A DNA stretch of 63,922 nucleotides, filler included, from Octopus bimaculoides (taxonomy: Eukaryota), in assembly GCF_001194135.2 (NCBI RefSeq). It is 8 parts of 8 records of this genome, joined end to end, with 100 filler letters (N's around TTAATTAATTAA, not from the genome) between each part and the next. Parts side by side here need not be neighbours in the genome. Positions count along the whole stretch, not along the records: positions 1 to 14,970 come from NC_068985.1; 7 more parts are not named here. One strand, given 5' to 3'. This document shows, in pieces, positions 1 to 12,932 of this stretch. The first letter of the stretch is position 1, and each line of letters begins with the position of its first letter. The notes beneath the pieces were generated by a model, which was not told the DNA's origin, made no database searches, and worked only from the letters and a program-made list of their open reading frames with translations. Both the position numbers and the translations under genes were made by a program.

Positions 1-301
1 TATATATATATACATATATATATATAATTCATTTAATAAAGTATATTCTTGTGCATGCATAGATTGGTAATTAAGTGCATTTGTTCCTTCCAGAAAATTC
101 AAATTTTGGAATGTTTTACAAATCCTCGCTATATTACATTTCGATTGTATTTGGAGGGTGCATGCCCTTTAACTTAATTCTTTCTTGGAAAACACTCACA
201 TTTTGAAGTTGTTATCCAAATATGTCCCATTGCGCAACCCACTTATTTAAGGTTAACGCTTGGGTAATGAGGGAGCTGGTGTGTTCAGTTTCTGAATGCA
301 G

Positions 302-369
302 GAGTTGACGTTTCATCAGGCGGTGAAGCAGCTCTATAAGAATTTCGACCCCTTCCACAGTATATGGAG
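302..369 (+). CDS. Candidate internal coding exon (ELTFHQAVKQLYKNFDPFHSIW-R), product unknown
   Basis: cag| acceptor at 299-301, AG|gtgaga donor at 370, open phase-0 frame, GC above flanks. No homology recognised. Confidence 0.25.
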
Positions 370-719
370 GTGAGAGGCGGAACGCACAAATGAAAATCTA
401 CAGTCCGCTTACAAGAGGTCGCTTTTTAACCATATTTTTAAACGTATGTATTAAACGTACGGCTGTGTCTGCATACATGTGTGTATTTATGCATGCATGT
501 ATGTATGTATGCATGTATGTATGCTTGTATGTGTATCGGTATGTGTCCATTATGCACGAATCTGTAAACAAATTATGAACAGTGTATAGTGTATATGTCC
601 TAGAAACTATTTCTACACCGTATGTGTCATAAAATAGGTTTTCATGTAATTAGAAATAGCTTTGCTCATGAATAAAACCTTCACTTGAAAAGAATAAGCC
701 TATATATTCTCTTTTTACT

Positions 720-1020
720 TTTTTACCTGTTTCAGTCATTTGACTGCGGCCATGCTGGGGCACCGCCTTTAGTCGAGCAAATCGACCCCAGGACTTATTC
801 TTTGTAAGCCTAGTACTTATTCTATCGGTCTCTTTTTGCCGAACCGCTAGGTTACGGGGACGTAAACACACCAGCAACGGTTGTCAAGCGAAGTTGGGGG
901 GGGGACAAATACAGACACACAAACATATACACACACATACATATATACATATATACGACGGGCTTCTTTCAGTTTCCGTCTACCAAATCCACTCACAAGG
1001 CTTTGGTCGGCCCGAGGCTA
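720..1020 (-). mobile_element. tRNA-derived SINE family 1 (octopus OR/OK-like), 3' and middle part, runs into gap
   Basis: Reverse complement matches the full-length copy at 61315-61712 (tail ...gctccagcatggccgcagtcaaatgactgaaac, internal microsatellite). Confidence 0.85.
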
Positions 1021-2439
1021 NNNNNNNNNNNNNNNNNNNNNNNNNNNNNNNNNNNNNNNNNNNNNNNNNNNNNNNNNNNNNNNNNNNNNNNNNNNNNNNN
1101 NNNNNNNNNNNNNNNNNNNNNNNNNNNNNNNNNNNNNNNNNNNNNNNNNNNNNNNNNNNNNNNNNNNNNNNNNNNNNNNNNNNNNNNNNNNNNNNNNNNN
1201 NNNNNNNNNNNNNNNNNNNNNNNNNNNNNNNNNNNNNNNNNNNNNNNNNNNNNNNNNNNNNNNNNNNNNNNNNNNNNNNNNNNNNNNNNNNNNNNNNNNN
1301 NNNNNNNNNNNNNNNNNNNNNNNNNNNNNNNNNNNNNNNNNNNNNNNNNNNNNNNNNNNNNNNNNNNNNNNNNNNNNNNNNNNNNNNNNNNNNNNNNNNN
1401 NNNNNNNNNNNNNNNNNNNNATTAAAAACCCATTATTCATCCGCAATTATACAAGAATTCGCATCGATTTCCTCCTTAGTACAAACTTGTTGTCTCGTTC
1501 ATTAATTTTCATTAACTCCATTACACTGTATAAGCAGTCCCTCGTGCGTATAGGTCACTGTACTTAAATATACATCTTAATCGTATACACAAATACATAC
1601 ACACAACAGCCCATTTCAGTGTACATACAAACATAAAATACATATTACGTTATATGTGCGTGTGTGTATGTATGTATATAATCTACATGTGCGTGTGTAT
1701 ACATATATTCCATTGTTAACATCGCTTTATCCTTCAAAGTATTATTGTCATCGAACAGCAAACGACTACATAGATATATTACAATCATCACACCTGACCA
1801 ATGACTGTTCCCGCAAGTAAACCGATTTTTATACCGAAATCATATTGATCCTTTGTCAGGGGAAAATCGAAGAAAGAACGTGAAACAAAGTTAGTGGTAT
1901 ATTCACAGAAGCGAGGCCGGTCCATTGGCGATCACTTGGAAGTAGAAATCAAATAACGTGATACAAAAATTTAAATTATTTTAACTAGCGCTATGATTAT
2001 ATGAGATCTTTTTAAATTCAATTATACACATACACACGCACATCATAAACATATTTACACACACACACACACATATAAATCCGAATTGAGGGAGTGGAGC
2101 AAGTAAAATTCTGGCATTCGCATTCAAAGCGACTCAAGTTGCTAACCGTCATCTTATCGAACTTCGATATGGGAAAAGCCTGCAACCTTCGATGCCAATA
2201 AATTATTTTTCCTGAACGTTATTTTTTCATATCTACCACGGACTGTTCGAAGCTTACAAACTTCGTACACTTAGATACTTGGATCTTATAATTACACACA
2301 CACAGAAATATACATACATACATACATACATATATATATATNNNNNNNNNNTCCTTAGTAGTATGCCGACAAAGCACGTTCACTGCCTATGGCTACCTGG
2401 TATCATCTACGGTAATTGCACAGTCGTCACTGGATCTAC

Positions 2440-3690
2440 CTTAGGAATTCATCAGTGTACGTTGAATATGATTCCTTTATTGGAATTTCAACATCAACAA
2501 TAGGGTATTTTTGTTTGTATGTACGTATATGTGCAGATTTGTATGTTTTGCTTCTCATGCATATAATTGCATATCTAGACATGCTTATATATACTTAAAT
2601 GATAAACTTCTGGAAAGTTTTACAGATTTTTACAGTTCCAGTGATGGACTGGATCTGTAGTCTTCGAATTAGCTTTCTCCTTTCTGGTTTTGAGAAGCGT
2701 AATTTCTCAAGATTGGTATTTAGGCAGTATGTAACATATCACAGAGTCTCAATAATTACAGGTATAAACCTGAACTTGTAATCTGGATAGAGTAACTACA
2801 GATTTCTCAATAGTTTGGCGTAAGTATTCTTTTTTTCACTGATCTTCAGCTTTATGTTAACATCCGCTGGGCAGCTAATTTCCAAAACTGTACACAGTTT
2901 CTCTTCTCTATCTCAAATCATTATATCAGGTCTGTTGTATTTACATTTTATTGAGGTCTTCACTGGGACATTCCAGCAGTAATCCTTTTTATTATGAGTT
3001 GCTATGGCTTCTACCATACTGTGGCTTATTTCTTTGTCCTCGGGGTTATCCATCCGACATATTTCATTATATAGTGTCCTAGCTACAACATCATGTCTTA
3101 TCGGTAGATAATACTGTGATGACATTTTCGGGCAACTGCTTATGATGTCGGTGATATCTTCGGTGTTAACTCCACAAAGTCTGCATCGTTTGTCACATTT
3201 TACTGCTTTTCCTGCATCTCTATCCCTTTTGTACATCAGGTACTTGGTTGATATTTCCTGTTCCTGGATTGCAACCGCACACCCTTCAAAGTAGGAGGTA
3301 GTAATCCGGCTATTAGCCCATGATAAATTGCTTTGATGATCGATGTTACTATCATCTCGGAGCTTTCTAACATACCCATGCATAGCTTTCTGCTCACAGA
3401 GGCTCATCCTTTCATCTGATGATACGTTGCGGTAGAATCGTGCAACTTCTTTAGGCATATATTGCATGTATTCTAGGTTATCAGACAAAGAATGTTGCTC
3501 AATGAGCTGCCTTCCAAGTTATAATGTTATCAGCCTCATGTATGCAAACTTGGTCAAGGGATACACTTCGACACTTGGTGATTAAAAGATGTTGCTGAAG
3601 GGATATGATGTGACATTCAAAGGCGTTGTGGATCGATGTTAAGCTTCTGACGCCTTGTTTCCGTTTTATGTAGAGGTGGTCTACGTCAAT
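2440..3690 (-). mobile_element. 5'-truncated R4/Dong-like non-LTR retrotransposon (RT C-terminus, zinc knuckle, RLE endonuclease, 3' UTR), degraded
   Basis: Minus-strand translation: DVDHLYIKRKQG; AIQEQEISTKY; CRLCG..EDITDIISSC; RHDVVA; NRPDIMI*DREEKLCTVLEISCPADVN..K..EK; IPVII; ends TGTVKICKTFQKFII* near 2598. Contains stops and frameshifts. Confidence 0.85.
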
Positions 3691-4879
3691 GTTTATTCAG
3701 ATATTATGTGTACTTCTTAATATTTTTCGGGGTTTTTTTTTACATCAATGGCTCGGATCTCATCAAGCGTCCAATCAAGCAACCGAAATGTTGGTTCGAG
3801 TATGTATGTATGTATGTATGAACTATCAAGCAGATTTGCGCCAATTCAATGAACGGGTACTTCAGGTGATCGAACAATTCCATTGTCATCATCGAAACCA
3901 AGATGCAAACAGACCGACGGACGAACAAACAGACAGTCAGACAGACAGGCAGGCATGCAGACATACAGACATACATACATACAGACAGACAGACAGACAT
4001 AGAGAGTGAGAGAGGGAGAGAGGTAGAGACAGAGATAGACAGATAGACAGACAGACAGACTGAATACATATCAAATAATAGTAAATTTCAATGATTTTTT
4101 TTACTACAGAGACGGAAACGTTCAAATTGGGTGGCTCTGGCGAGAAGCGTTTTTGCATATGAGTGGCTACTAAGAAGGATTTGACTTACGTACTTATATG
4201 TTTGAGGAAAAGGAAAAAGAGGAGTAAATGTGGAAGAGCAAAGAGAGAGGGGGAGAAAAGAGAGAGAAAGAAAGAAAGAAAGGAAAAGAGGCAGGGAGGA
4301 GGATCAATAAAGTGATGTTGATTTTAGGTTTACTACGATGGATAAAAGTGTGTTCAGTTTGGGGTGTTCTAGAGAGAAGCAGTGTTGCAGAAGAATGAGT
4401 TAACATGCACATGTAATACTGGAGTGTTGGCTTAGAATAAGCACGAGGAAACATCTGAGAGAGAGAGAAGGACAGAGGGAGTGTGCGTGAGGGTGAAAGA
4501 GGTAGAATATGATGAAATAGTAGGGTTAAGAGAGACTGAGAAAGAGTAAACGTAATATGAGATTTAATAAGTAGCAAGCGGCTGTAACTACGGCTGTAAC
4601 TACCAACTAAGTCAGAATCTCTCAGGAGCTGAATGTCGAGTGTTGTGAATGTAAGCCCAGCTATACTCAGATATCGACGTTGAGGTGTAAAACCAAGGGC
4701 CTTCAGAAAATACGTGGCAGCTACTAGCTGTACGCCCTGCACGCCAAAAGCAGCAATAAAAGCGTCCCTAATATCTTAAAAATACTCACTCGGAAGCATT
4801 GAGCAATGTAGTCTTAAAACATTAATAGACAGATTGGTCGTCTGGAATCACGTTTATTGTTGGTCAGCGCCATCGGCGT

Positions 4880-5590
4880 TAACCTAGATGCAGTCAGTAG
4901 GATATGTACTTAGCGGACTTAATCCGTCTTTACGTTTTGAGTTCAAATTTCGCCGAGGTAGCCTTTGCTTTCATCCTTTCAGGGTCGATAAAATAATTAC
5001 CAGTTGAACATTGCAGTCGATTTAATCAACTTACACCCTCCCCGAATTTGCAGGCCTTGCGCCAAAATTTGAAATTAATATTTAGAAGGTATAAAGGCTG
5101 AGAGCTGGCAGAATCACGAACGCGTCGGGCAAAACGGCAAGCAGCATTTCTTCTGACTCTTTACCTTCTGAGTTCAAACCATGCTGAGGTCAACTCTGCC
5201 TTAAGAACGCTATTACCTTCTACACAATTACTATTATTATTATTGCAAGCTTTTATTAATTACATTGTTATATTTCGAAGTAGACTTTGCCTTTCATCAT
5301 TCCGGCGCTGATAAAATGAGTACCAGTTGAGCACTGGGGTCAGTGTAATCAACTTACCCCCTCCTCCGAACTTGAAATCAATATTTGTCTAAACATAGGC
5401 GGCGAGCTGGCAGAATCGTTACCGCGCCGGACAAAAACGCTAAGCGGTATTTCTTCCGACCTTACATTCTCAGTTCAAATTCGGCCGTGGTCGACTTCTC
5501 CTTTCAGCCTCTCGGAGCCGATAAAATAAGCCCCATTTGAGCACTCGGGACGATGTAATTGACTTACCCCTCTTCCGAAATTTCCAACCA
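4880..5590 (+). mobile_element. Head-to-tail cluster of SINE family 2 copies and fragments
   Basis: Recurrent ggcgagctggcagaatcg head, gagttcaaat B-box and gcctttcatcctttc.gggtcgataaaat.agtaccag core at ~4880-5085, 5095-5210, 5275-5390, 5398-5590. Confidence 0.8.
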
Positions 5591-5807
5591 ATGTTTGTCT
5601 AAGCGCGAAACCACATCCTCTATTTTACAATATTTTACACCTGATGGAATTTTAAATGCAGCTTGAAACACCAAATACTCATAAGGCCGACATTCAAAAT
5701 AAAAATAGTTAAATTCTACATTCTATTCAGTATTGTATGGAATAGGGGATTTCTTGGTTCTTCAATTTACCACCTATATATGTTTTCACACGTACATATG
5801 TAGGTAC

Positions 5808-5853
<46 letters not shown>

Positions 5854-6249
5854 ACACACACACATTTGCATAGATGTTTTTCATACAAACACCCATAAGT
5901 TACCACATGAATTAGTTTGATAAATAGTCAGTTACTTGACCTTTGACGATAAAACCTATCAATCAACGAGTGATCAGCAACACTGACTTGAAAGAAGAGG
6001 AAACTAGAGTAATATCATTCATGCCTTTCAGGACGGCCGTAAAGTCGATATACGTGTATATGTATACATACATACATACATACATATATACATACATGTG
6101 TGTGTGTGTGTGTTGTATGTATATACATTAATATATACGTATGCATATGAATCATACATGTATTGTATGCATGTATAAATGCATTTTATGTGTTACATGT
6201 ATGTTTGTTTGTACTATATGTATGTATTAGAAAACTTGCATAATCAGTC

Positions 6250-6589
6250 TCATAAGTTATTTGTTAAGCCTATCAAAATAACGTATAGCTCTGTATATTA
6301 ATTAAACAAGAACCGCCGTGAAAATGTATATATTACACATATTTTAGGTCTTTTTTCTGAGCCTTCCGTTTCTTTTACAAAAAAATAGCATATATCATTG
6401 TACCATAACGTCTGTTGTTTTTTTCGTGAATTCTGCTATATATATATATATATGTGTGTGTGTTCCTTTCTGTGGAATAATGTAGGCTCGAAACGTTAAA
6501 AACATTTTCACTTCTCGAGCGTTAAACTAATACAGTTGCTTGTTGTCTACACCAACTGTCTTAGTCTTTTTTTTTTTGTGAATTCTCCC

Positions 6590-6597
<8 letters not shown>
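6250..6597 (+). mobile_element. Probable Penelope-like element 3' end / pseudo-LTR relic
   Basis: Partial tandem duplication of tgtc..tttt(c)gtgaattct (6410-6440, 6556-6590) and gtaggctcgaaacgtt motif resembling a minimal hammerhead stem II-GAAAC. Family assignment is from recollection. Confidence 0.4.
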
Positions 6598-6657
<60 letters not shown>

Positions 6658-6681
6658 TACATACATAGAATATTGCTGCCG

Positions 6682-7155
6682 CCTGAATTAAGGGCATGAC
6701 TGATTTCGATTATTGAGACCGCCTTAAAGCATTGAAACTCTATTCTTTCCAGCGCCGCTGTGAGCGATGCAGCATTTGCACGATGTGGAGGATATACCAC
6801 CAGCATTATCCAAACGACTTCAACATGAATTTCAAAATTCATCCAAGGCTAGGACCATGGGTCATACGTCTCCTACCCAATTCAGGATCACAACACATAA
6901 ATACACTGCAATACAATTTCCGTTCCTCAACAGGCCCTGCCCTATTTAACATTGTCCCGAAACATTGTCCTATTACCTTTAAACGGAATCTGGACAAATT
7001 TCTTCAAGGAATACCAGATAAGCCACCTATACCACAATACAACTCACTCAACAAGATCTCCCTACTCGAATGGACCATGATACCAAAAAAACTTGACTTA
7101 AGAAGGATTTAGATAATCCTATCAGGTGGTGCTATTAAGTTAGACATGGCATGGA

Positions 7156-7158
<3 letters not shown>
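6682..7158 (+). mobile_element. 5'-truncated CR1-clade LINE 3' end
   Basis: DY*DRLKALKLYSFQRRCER...GPALFNIVP...FKRNLDKFLQGIPDKP matches the CR1 ORF2 C-terminus. Flanked on both sides by (TA)n. Confidence 0.8.
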
Positions 7159-7234
<76 letters not shown>

Positions 7235-7236
<2 letters not shown>

Positions 7237-7830
7237 AGGTGTCCTGGAATTAGGGTAACCGAAGTCTTGGGCTTTAATAACTATCAATAAATTTGATAAA
7301 ATATGAAAATTATACATCAATATTAAAGCTTAGTGTATCTTCTTTTTGATTCAGACTAAATAAATTCAGATTTATAAATTAGATGTTGGCTATAGACCGA
7401 AATACAATCATAACCCTCGACAAAGTAGGCGAAAGTAATACAGCTATAGTAAAAAAAAACCCTTAAAATTAACCGAACAACATTGTCAAGGATGTATGAT
7501 CTTCAATAAGCCCAGATCTCAACCCGTTGGATTTTTCTGTTTGGTCCATTTTGGAGACGAGGGTCTTGAGCACTCTTCATCCTTCGCTCGACACTCTGAA
7601 GGCAAAACTGCGGCAGGAATGGGCTTCGATTCTGCAAGAACAGCTGCGTGCCGTGTGAAAAGCATTCACACCAAGGCTGTGATTCTAAACAGAGGTGGCC
7701 ATATCGAAAAAATGTGGTAATATCATAATCGTATTTCCTTTACCATTGCATTGCAATGCTCGTACCTGAAATATTTTGCTTTGGCAAAATTGAAAAAAAA
7801 AGTTGGTTGACTTAATTTTGGGACACCATA
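7235..7830 (+). mobile_element. Internally deleted Tc1/mariner element
   Basis: Degenerate TIRs (ggtgtcc...aatta...aacc) at both ends with TA flanks. Transposase C-terminus SPDLNPLDFSVWSILE...W...AVILNRGGHIEK. Confidence 0.8.
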
Positions 7831-7889
7831 TATAAATATACATATACTTACATACATACATATATGTGTGTGTGTGCGTATATATGTAC

Positions 7890-7942
<53 letters not shown>

Positions 7943-8944
7943 CATACATGCATATATACATGCTTGCATACATGCACACATACATACATACATATGGGTG
8001 CAAGAATTTCACCTACGGGCTATGTAGCTTCAGGTTCAATCCTATTGTAATGTGCTACACTTTGAGTATCTTTTTATTTTTTCCATAGTTTCAGTTTGAT
8101 CAAAGTTTTGTAAGGAAAATTTAAAAGAAAGAAACCGTATCGAAGACCATCAATAGTTGTGTTTATTGTGTATGTATTAATGGAAGTTACCCACGAATAC
8201 GCCTGCGCAGCCATCACAAACGCTGTACCAGTATGATAAGGGTGGAAGGAAGAGGAAAGACTAACCTCTTCTAAATAGCCTGCTTCTTTTCCTTTCTTTC
8301 AGACATGACTAACATCTTCTAAATAGACATGAGATTGAATTATTCAAAATGATTTTCCCTTTTTATAATATAGTGTGTGATTTCTGCACTATTTCTTACA
8401 AGTCGATCAAACAAACAAAGCTCATCCTCGTTCGTTAGCATGTTTTCATGCTTCTTGCTGTTCAACCTCCGATTAAACAGATTTATGATAAAACGCGTTT
8501 TTTTACGATCATCATGTGTTTATTTAATCAGCATGCGTTCAAGATTACACTATTTAATGTGCTCTTCCCCACTTTATGACTACATGGTGTGAGTGAAGGG
8601 AAATTTGGTTGGTATTTCTAGGAAGACTTGCAACCGCTTAATGCTTCCGTCGTTGGATCAGGTTTCTTTTCTCTCAGTGAACTTAATTTGTGTGTTGTGT
8701 GATAATGTTAATTGAACTACTTAGTGTTCTTTGTAGTTTGCAGCGATCTTATTGAAGAGAAACTGGGGTTAGATAACATTGGTTTTATCATGGACACATT
8801 ATCTAATATATTTTCACACAAGTGCTGTGCTGTCTTTATATTAATCAAATGCGGTGTCATTAAGTACTCCAGGAGTGTTTGTGCGTATATTTTTCTTTGT
8901 ATGTGGTACGTTTATTTTATTGAAAGTTATGAATAGCTATCTTT

Positions 8945-9186
8945 TATTATTTGCTTGTTTCAGTCATTAGATTGCAGCCATGCTGGAGCACCGCCTTGAA
9001 GAATTTTAGTTGAACGAATCGACCCCAGTGCTTCTTTTGTAAGCCTGGTACTTAGTGTATCGGTCTCTTCGTCGAACCGTTAAATTACGGGGACGTAAAC
9101 ACACCAACACCTGTTGTCGCGCAGGGGGATGGGACAAGCACAAAGAGACACACACGTAGACACACACACACACACACACACACACA

Positions 9187-9253
<67 letters not shown>

Positions 9254-9640
9254 ATTTTCCAGAGGATGTAGCAACCGTTACCAATATAACATAAGAATTT
9301 ACCTTAGGGGATCATTAACTAGATTCCTTAACGGTCGTTCTCACAGTTTATATTTATATTATAAGGTTTTTAACTTTTAAATTTTCATATTCAAAAGAGA
9401 CAGAGACTTCAAATTCGATATATCGATTTATTCACCACTCTATGTTAACATTTCTGTGCCAAACTTATCCAGTGACTGGTCCATTGGATTTATATATATA
9501 TATATATATATGTATACACGACGGGCTTCATTCAATTTCCGTCTACCAAATCTACTCACAAGGCTTTGGTCGGTCCGATGCAATAGAAGTAGACAATTGC
9601 ACAAGGTGCTACGTAGTAGAACTGAACCAGAACCATGTGC
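8945..9640 (-). mobile_element. SINE family 1 split at its internal microsatellite by a ~250 bp insertion (~9250-9495)
   Basis: 3' half at 8945-9190 and 5' half at 9515-9640 are collinear with the 61315 copy. Confidence 0.75.
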
Positions 9641-10293
9641 CTATATAAATTCTATTTGTAAGAAAGGGATATGTCGGATCTGGCAGATGCTGTTTCGGTC
9701 TGTTTGTTTCAACATAAGTTTCTTGGTGATTCATGTTGTGTAGGAAAAGTTGCGCAGGAACTGTTTGAGGATATTTATGTCACTGAAGCCTGCATGTTTC
9801 TGCGTCATTCTAAGATTTCGTTAGAATGTTTAAGACTACTGGTCGCCGAGGAGTTCAAATAAAACCGAAACGTGTCTAGAAATGAAACTATAGATCGAAA
9901 TTCAAGGCAAAGATGCTAGATTCTACTTCATTTCGTCTCTCTCTCTATATGGATGTATATCAATATATACCTTTGTTATACACACACATACACATATACT
10001 TAAACATATGTACATATATACTTACATACAAATATACAAACATATATATACATACACACACATGCACATATGTATATATGTATATATATATATGTTATTG
10101 TTGGTAGTGTTACACTGTTGCGAAATGCAAATAAGCGAAATAAAATTCTAAAAATGGTTAGAGTGAAATCATCATATTCAGACTTAGTGTAAGTTTTGCT
10201 CGTAATTGTGAGCGGGCTAAAATTTAGGAGACTCCGATAGCTAGTCACTCAAACACGTATTTGAACAGGCAGACAAACAGAAAGAAAGAAAAA

Positions 10294-10329
<36 letters not shown>

Positions 10330-10819
10330 AATAAAGAAAGAAAGAAAATAGACAGACAGACAGACAGACAGACAGATAGATAGATAGATAGATATGCGCA
10401 TGCATACATATCATATATCCTCATTATGCCCAAATGTCAATATTAATGTACATTATCATTGGCCTAAGAGACGTTATGGAAAGAAGAATTTATAAGTAAA
10501 CACCCAAAACGATATGGAGATGTGCCTGAAAGCTTCTTCTGTGCCAGTCCATGAGATAAAGTGTTACATAACATTGTATGTTAAGTACCATAAATCACGG
10601 AGTCGAACAAGCTTCACATAATTTAATGTATACATCTGGTGTGTCATATACCTACTTACTATACATACATCCATACATACATACATCCATACATACATCC
10701 ATACATCCATACATACATACATACATACATACTCAGACAAACAGACACACAGACACACACAGATATATATGTATGTGTGTGTGGATGTATGTATATTATT
10801 ATTCAGTTTTATTCTAAAC

Positions 10820-11490
10820 TATTTTGCCAATAGAGAAGGAATCGGTTTCCAACCTAGATCCATGGCTCCTTCATTGCGATTTCAACAACATCAACAGGAT
10901 ATCTGTGTATGTTTGTGTGTGTGTGTACACCATTTGGAATCAGTGCACATGCAGATGTGTATGCTTTGTTTTATGGATGTATTTTCAAGCATATAGTTGT
11001 ATGCGCATAATATACTTAAATACTAAACTTCTGGAAAGTTTTACAAATTTTTGCAGTTCCATTGGTGTCTTGAATTTGCAATCTAATTAGCTTTCTTCAT
11101 TCTGGTTTTCAGAAGCTTGGGCTGTTTGTCAGATAACCCAGTGCCCGAATAATTACAGGTATAAAATTGATCTTGTATGTCATTATTTGGTTTATTTTAA
11201 GATTTCTTGCCAATAGGGAAAGAACCGGTTTCTATCCTAGATCCAAGGCTTCTTCATTGAAATTTCAACATCGAAAACAGGGTATGTATGTATGTATGTA
11301 TGCATATGTGCAGATTTATATGTTTTGTTTTATGTATGTATTTTCATGCATATAGTTGCATATCTAGACATGTTCATGTATATGTAGATGATAAACCTCG
11401 GAAAGTTTAGCAGATTTTTAAGTTCCAGTGATGGACTAGGTCTGTAGTCTTCGAACTAGCTTTCTTCTTTCTGAACTTGTAATCTCGTAC
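10820..11490 (-). mobile_element. Two tandem 3'-end fragments of the R4/Dong-like LINE seen at 2440-2780
   Basis: 10820-11180 and 11204-11488 both match 2480-2780 (gatgataaacttc.ggaaagttt..cagattttt..agttccagtgatggact; atgtgcagattt; tgcatatctagacatg). Confidence 0.75.
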
Positions 11491-12932
11491 GTACGTATGT
11501 ATGTATGTACGTACGTATGTATGTATGTATCTATGTATGTATGTTCGCACATATATATGTACATACACATACGTAAAATATAGGGTGGCGAGTTTTCTTA
11601 GAAATTTCACAACCAGTGGCCTAGCATGTATAAAAGTCAGTGGACAACATATTCTCAATATAAAATAGTGTACATTTAAACACAAGAGAAACTTCCTCCA
11701 ATAGGCAGTTTTACACGCTAGAAGAAGTAGTCAAAACGACCAAAACCACTTTTAAGAGTAATTTTTAAAAGGAATGAAAAATAAAAGCTGTTACCTTGTT
11801 ATTTTATTCTGGTCATACCTAGGTTTCAAATTTTTTTAGCAAATAAAATAATTTGCTAGGCGAAATTCTCATCAGTGAACGCGCTATAACACTAACATAT
11901 AAGAGAAAATAACACGTGTCTCATCGTTATAAATTATAATTTTTCAAATTCACCACNNNNNNNNNNNNNNNNNNNNNNNNNNNNNNNNNNNNNNNNNNNN
12001 NNNNNNNNNNNNNNNNNNNNNNNNNNNNNNNNNNNNNNNNNNNNNNNNNNNNNNNNNNNNNNNNNNNNNNNNNNNNNNNNNNNNNNNNNNNNNNNNNNNN
12101 NNNNNNNNNNNNNNNNNNNNNNNNNNNNNNNNNNNNNNNNNNNNNNNNNNNNNNNNNNNNNNNNNNNNNNNNNNNNNNNNNNNNNNNNNNNNNNNNNNNN
12201 NNNNNNNNNNNNNNNNNNNNNNNNNNNNNNNNNNNNNNNNNNNNNNNNNNNNNNNNNNNNNNNNNNNNNNNNNNNNNNNNNNNNNNNNNNNNNNNNNNNN
12301 NNNNNNNNNNNNNNNNNNNNNNNNNNNNNNNNNNNNNNNNNNNNNNNNNNNNNNNNNNNNNNNNNNNNNNNNNNNNNNNNNNNNNNNNNNNNNNNNNNNN
12401 NNNNNNNNNNNNNNNNNNNNNNNNNNNNNNNNNNNNNNNNNNNNNNNNNNNNNNNNNNNNNNNNNNNNNNNNNNNNNNNNNNNNNNNNNNNNNNNNNNNN
12501 NNNNNNNNNNNNNNNNNNNNNNNNNNNNNNNNNNNNNNNNNNNNNNNNNNNNNNNNNNNNNNNNNNNNNNNNNNNNNNNNNNNNNNNNNNNNNNNNNNNN
12601 NNNNNNNNNNNNNNNNNNNNNNNNNNNNNNNNNNNNNNNNNNNNNNNNNNNNNNNNNNNNNNNNNNNNNNNNNNNNNNNNNNNNNNNNNNNNNNNNNNNN
12701 NNNNNNNNNNNNNNNNNNNNNNNNNNNNNNNNNNNNNNNNNNNNNNNNNNNNNNNNNNNNNNNNNNNNNNNNNNNNNNTATATATATATATGAGGGTTAT
12801 GAAGGGTATTGGAGTCAACCAAACCCTAAAGATACAGGTAATACCGAGTAAGTGCTGTATACCGACTAGTTTTGCCCCTTTCGTTGTATAAACATGAGTG
12901 GGGAATATAACATACGTCGTGTGTATGAATAC

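Noticed and set aside
190-400. Minus-strand exon ending at aat|gtgagt
   Set aside because: Frames from the better acceptors contain stops; only a weak acceptor gives an open frame.
8377-8660. Possible LINE or Penelope remnant (similarly 9640-9910)
   Set aside because: No diagnostic motif in any frame that I could identify with confidence.
11580-11935. Possible DNA transposon left end (tagggtggcgag...)
   Set aside because: No partner TIR is visible before the gap and no transposase motif is present.
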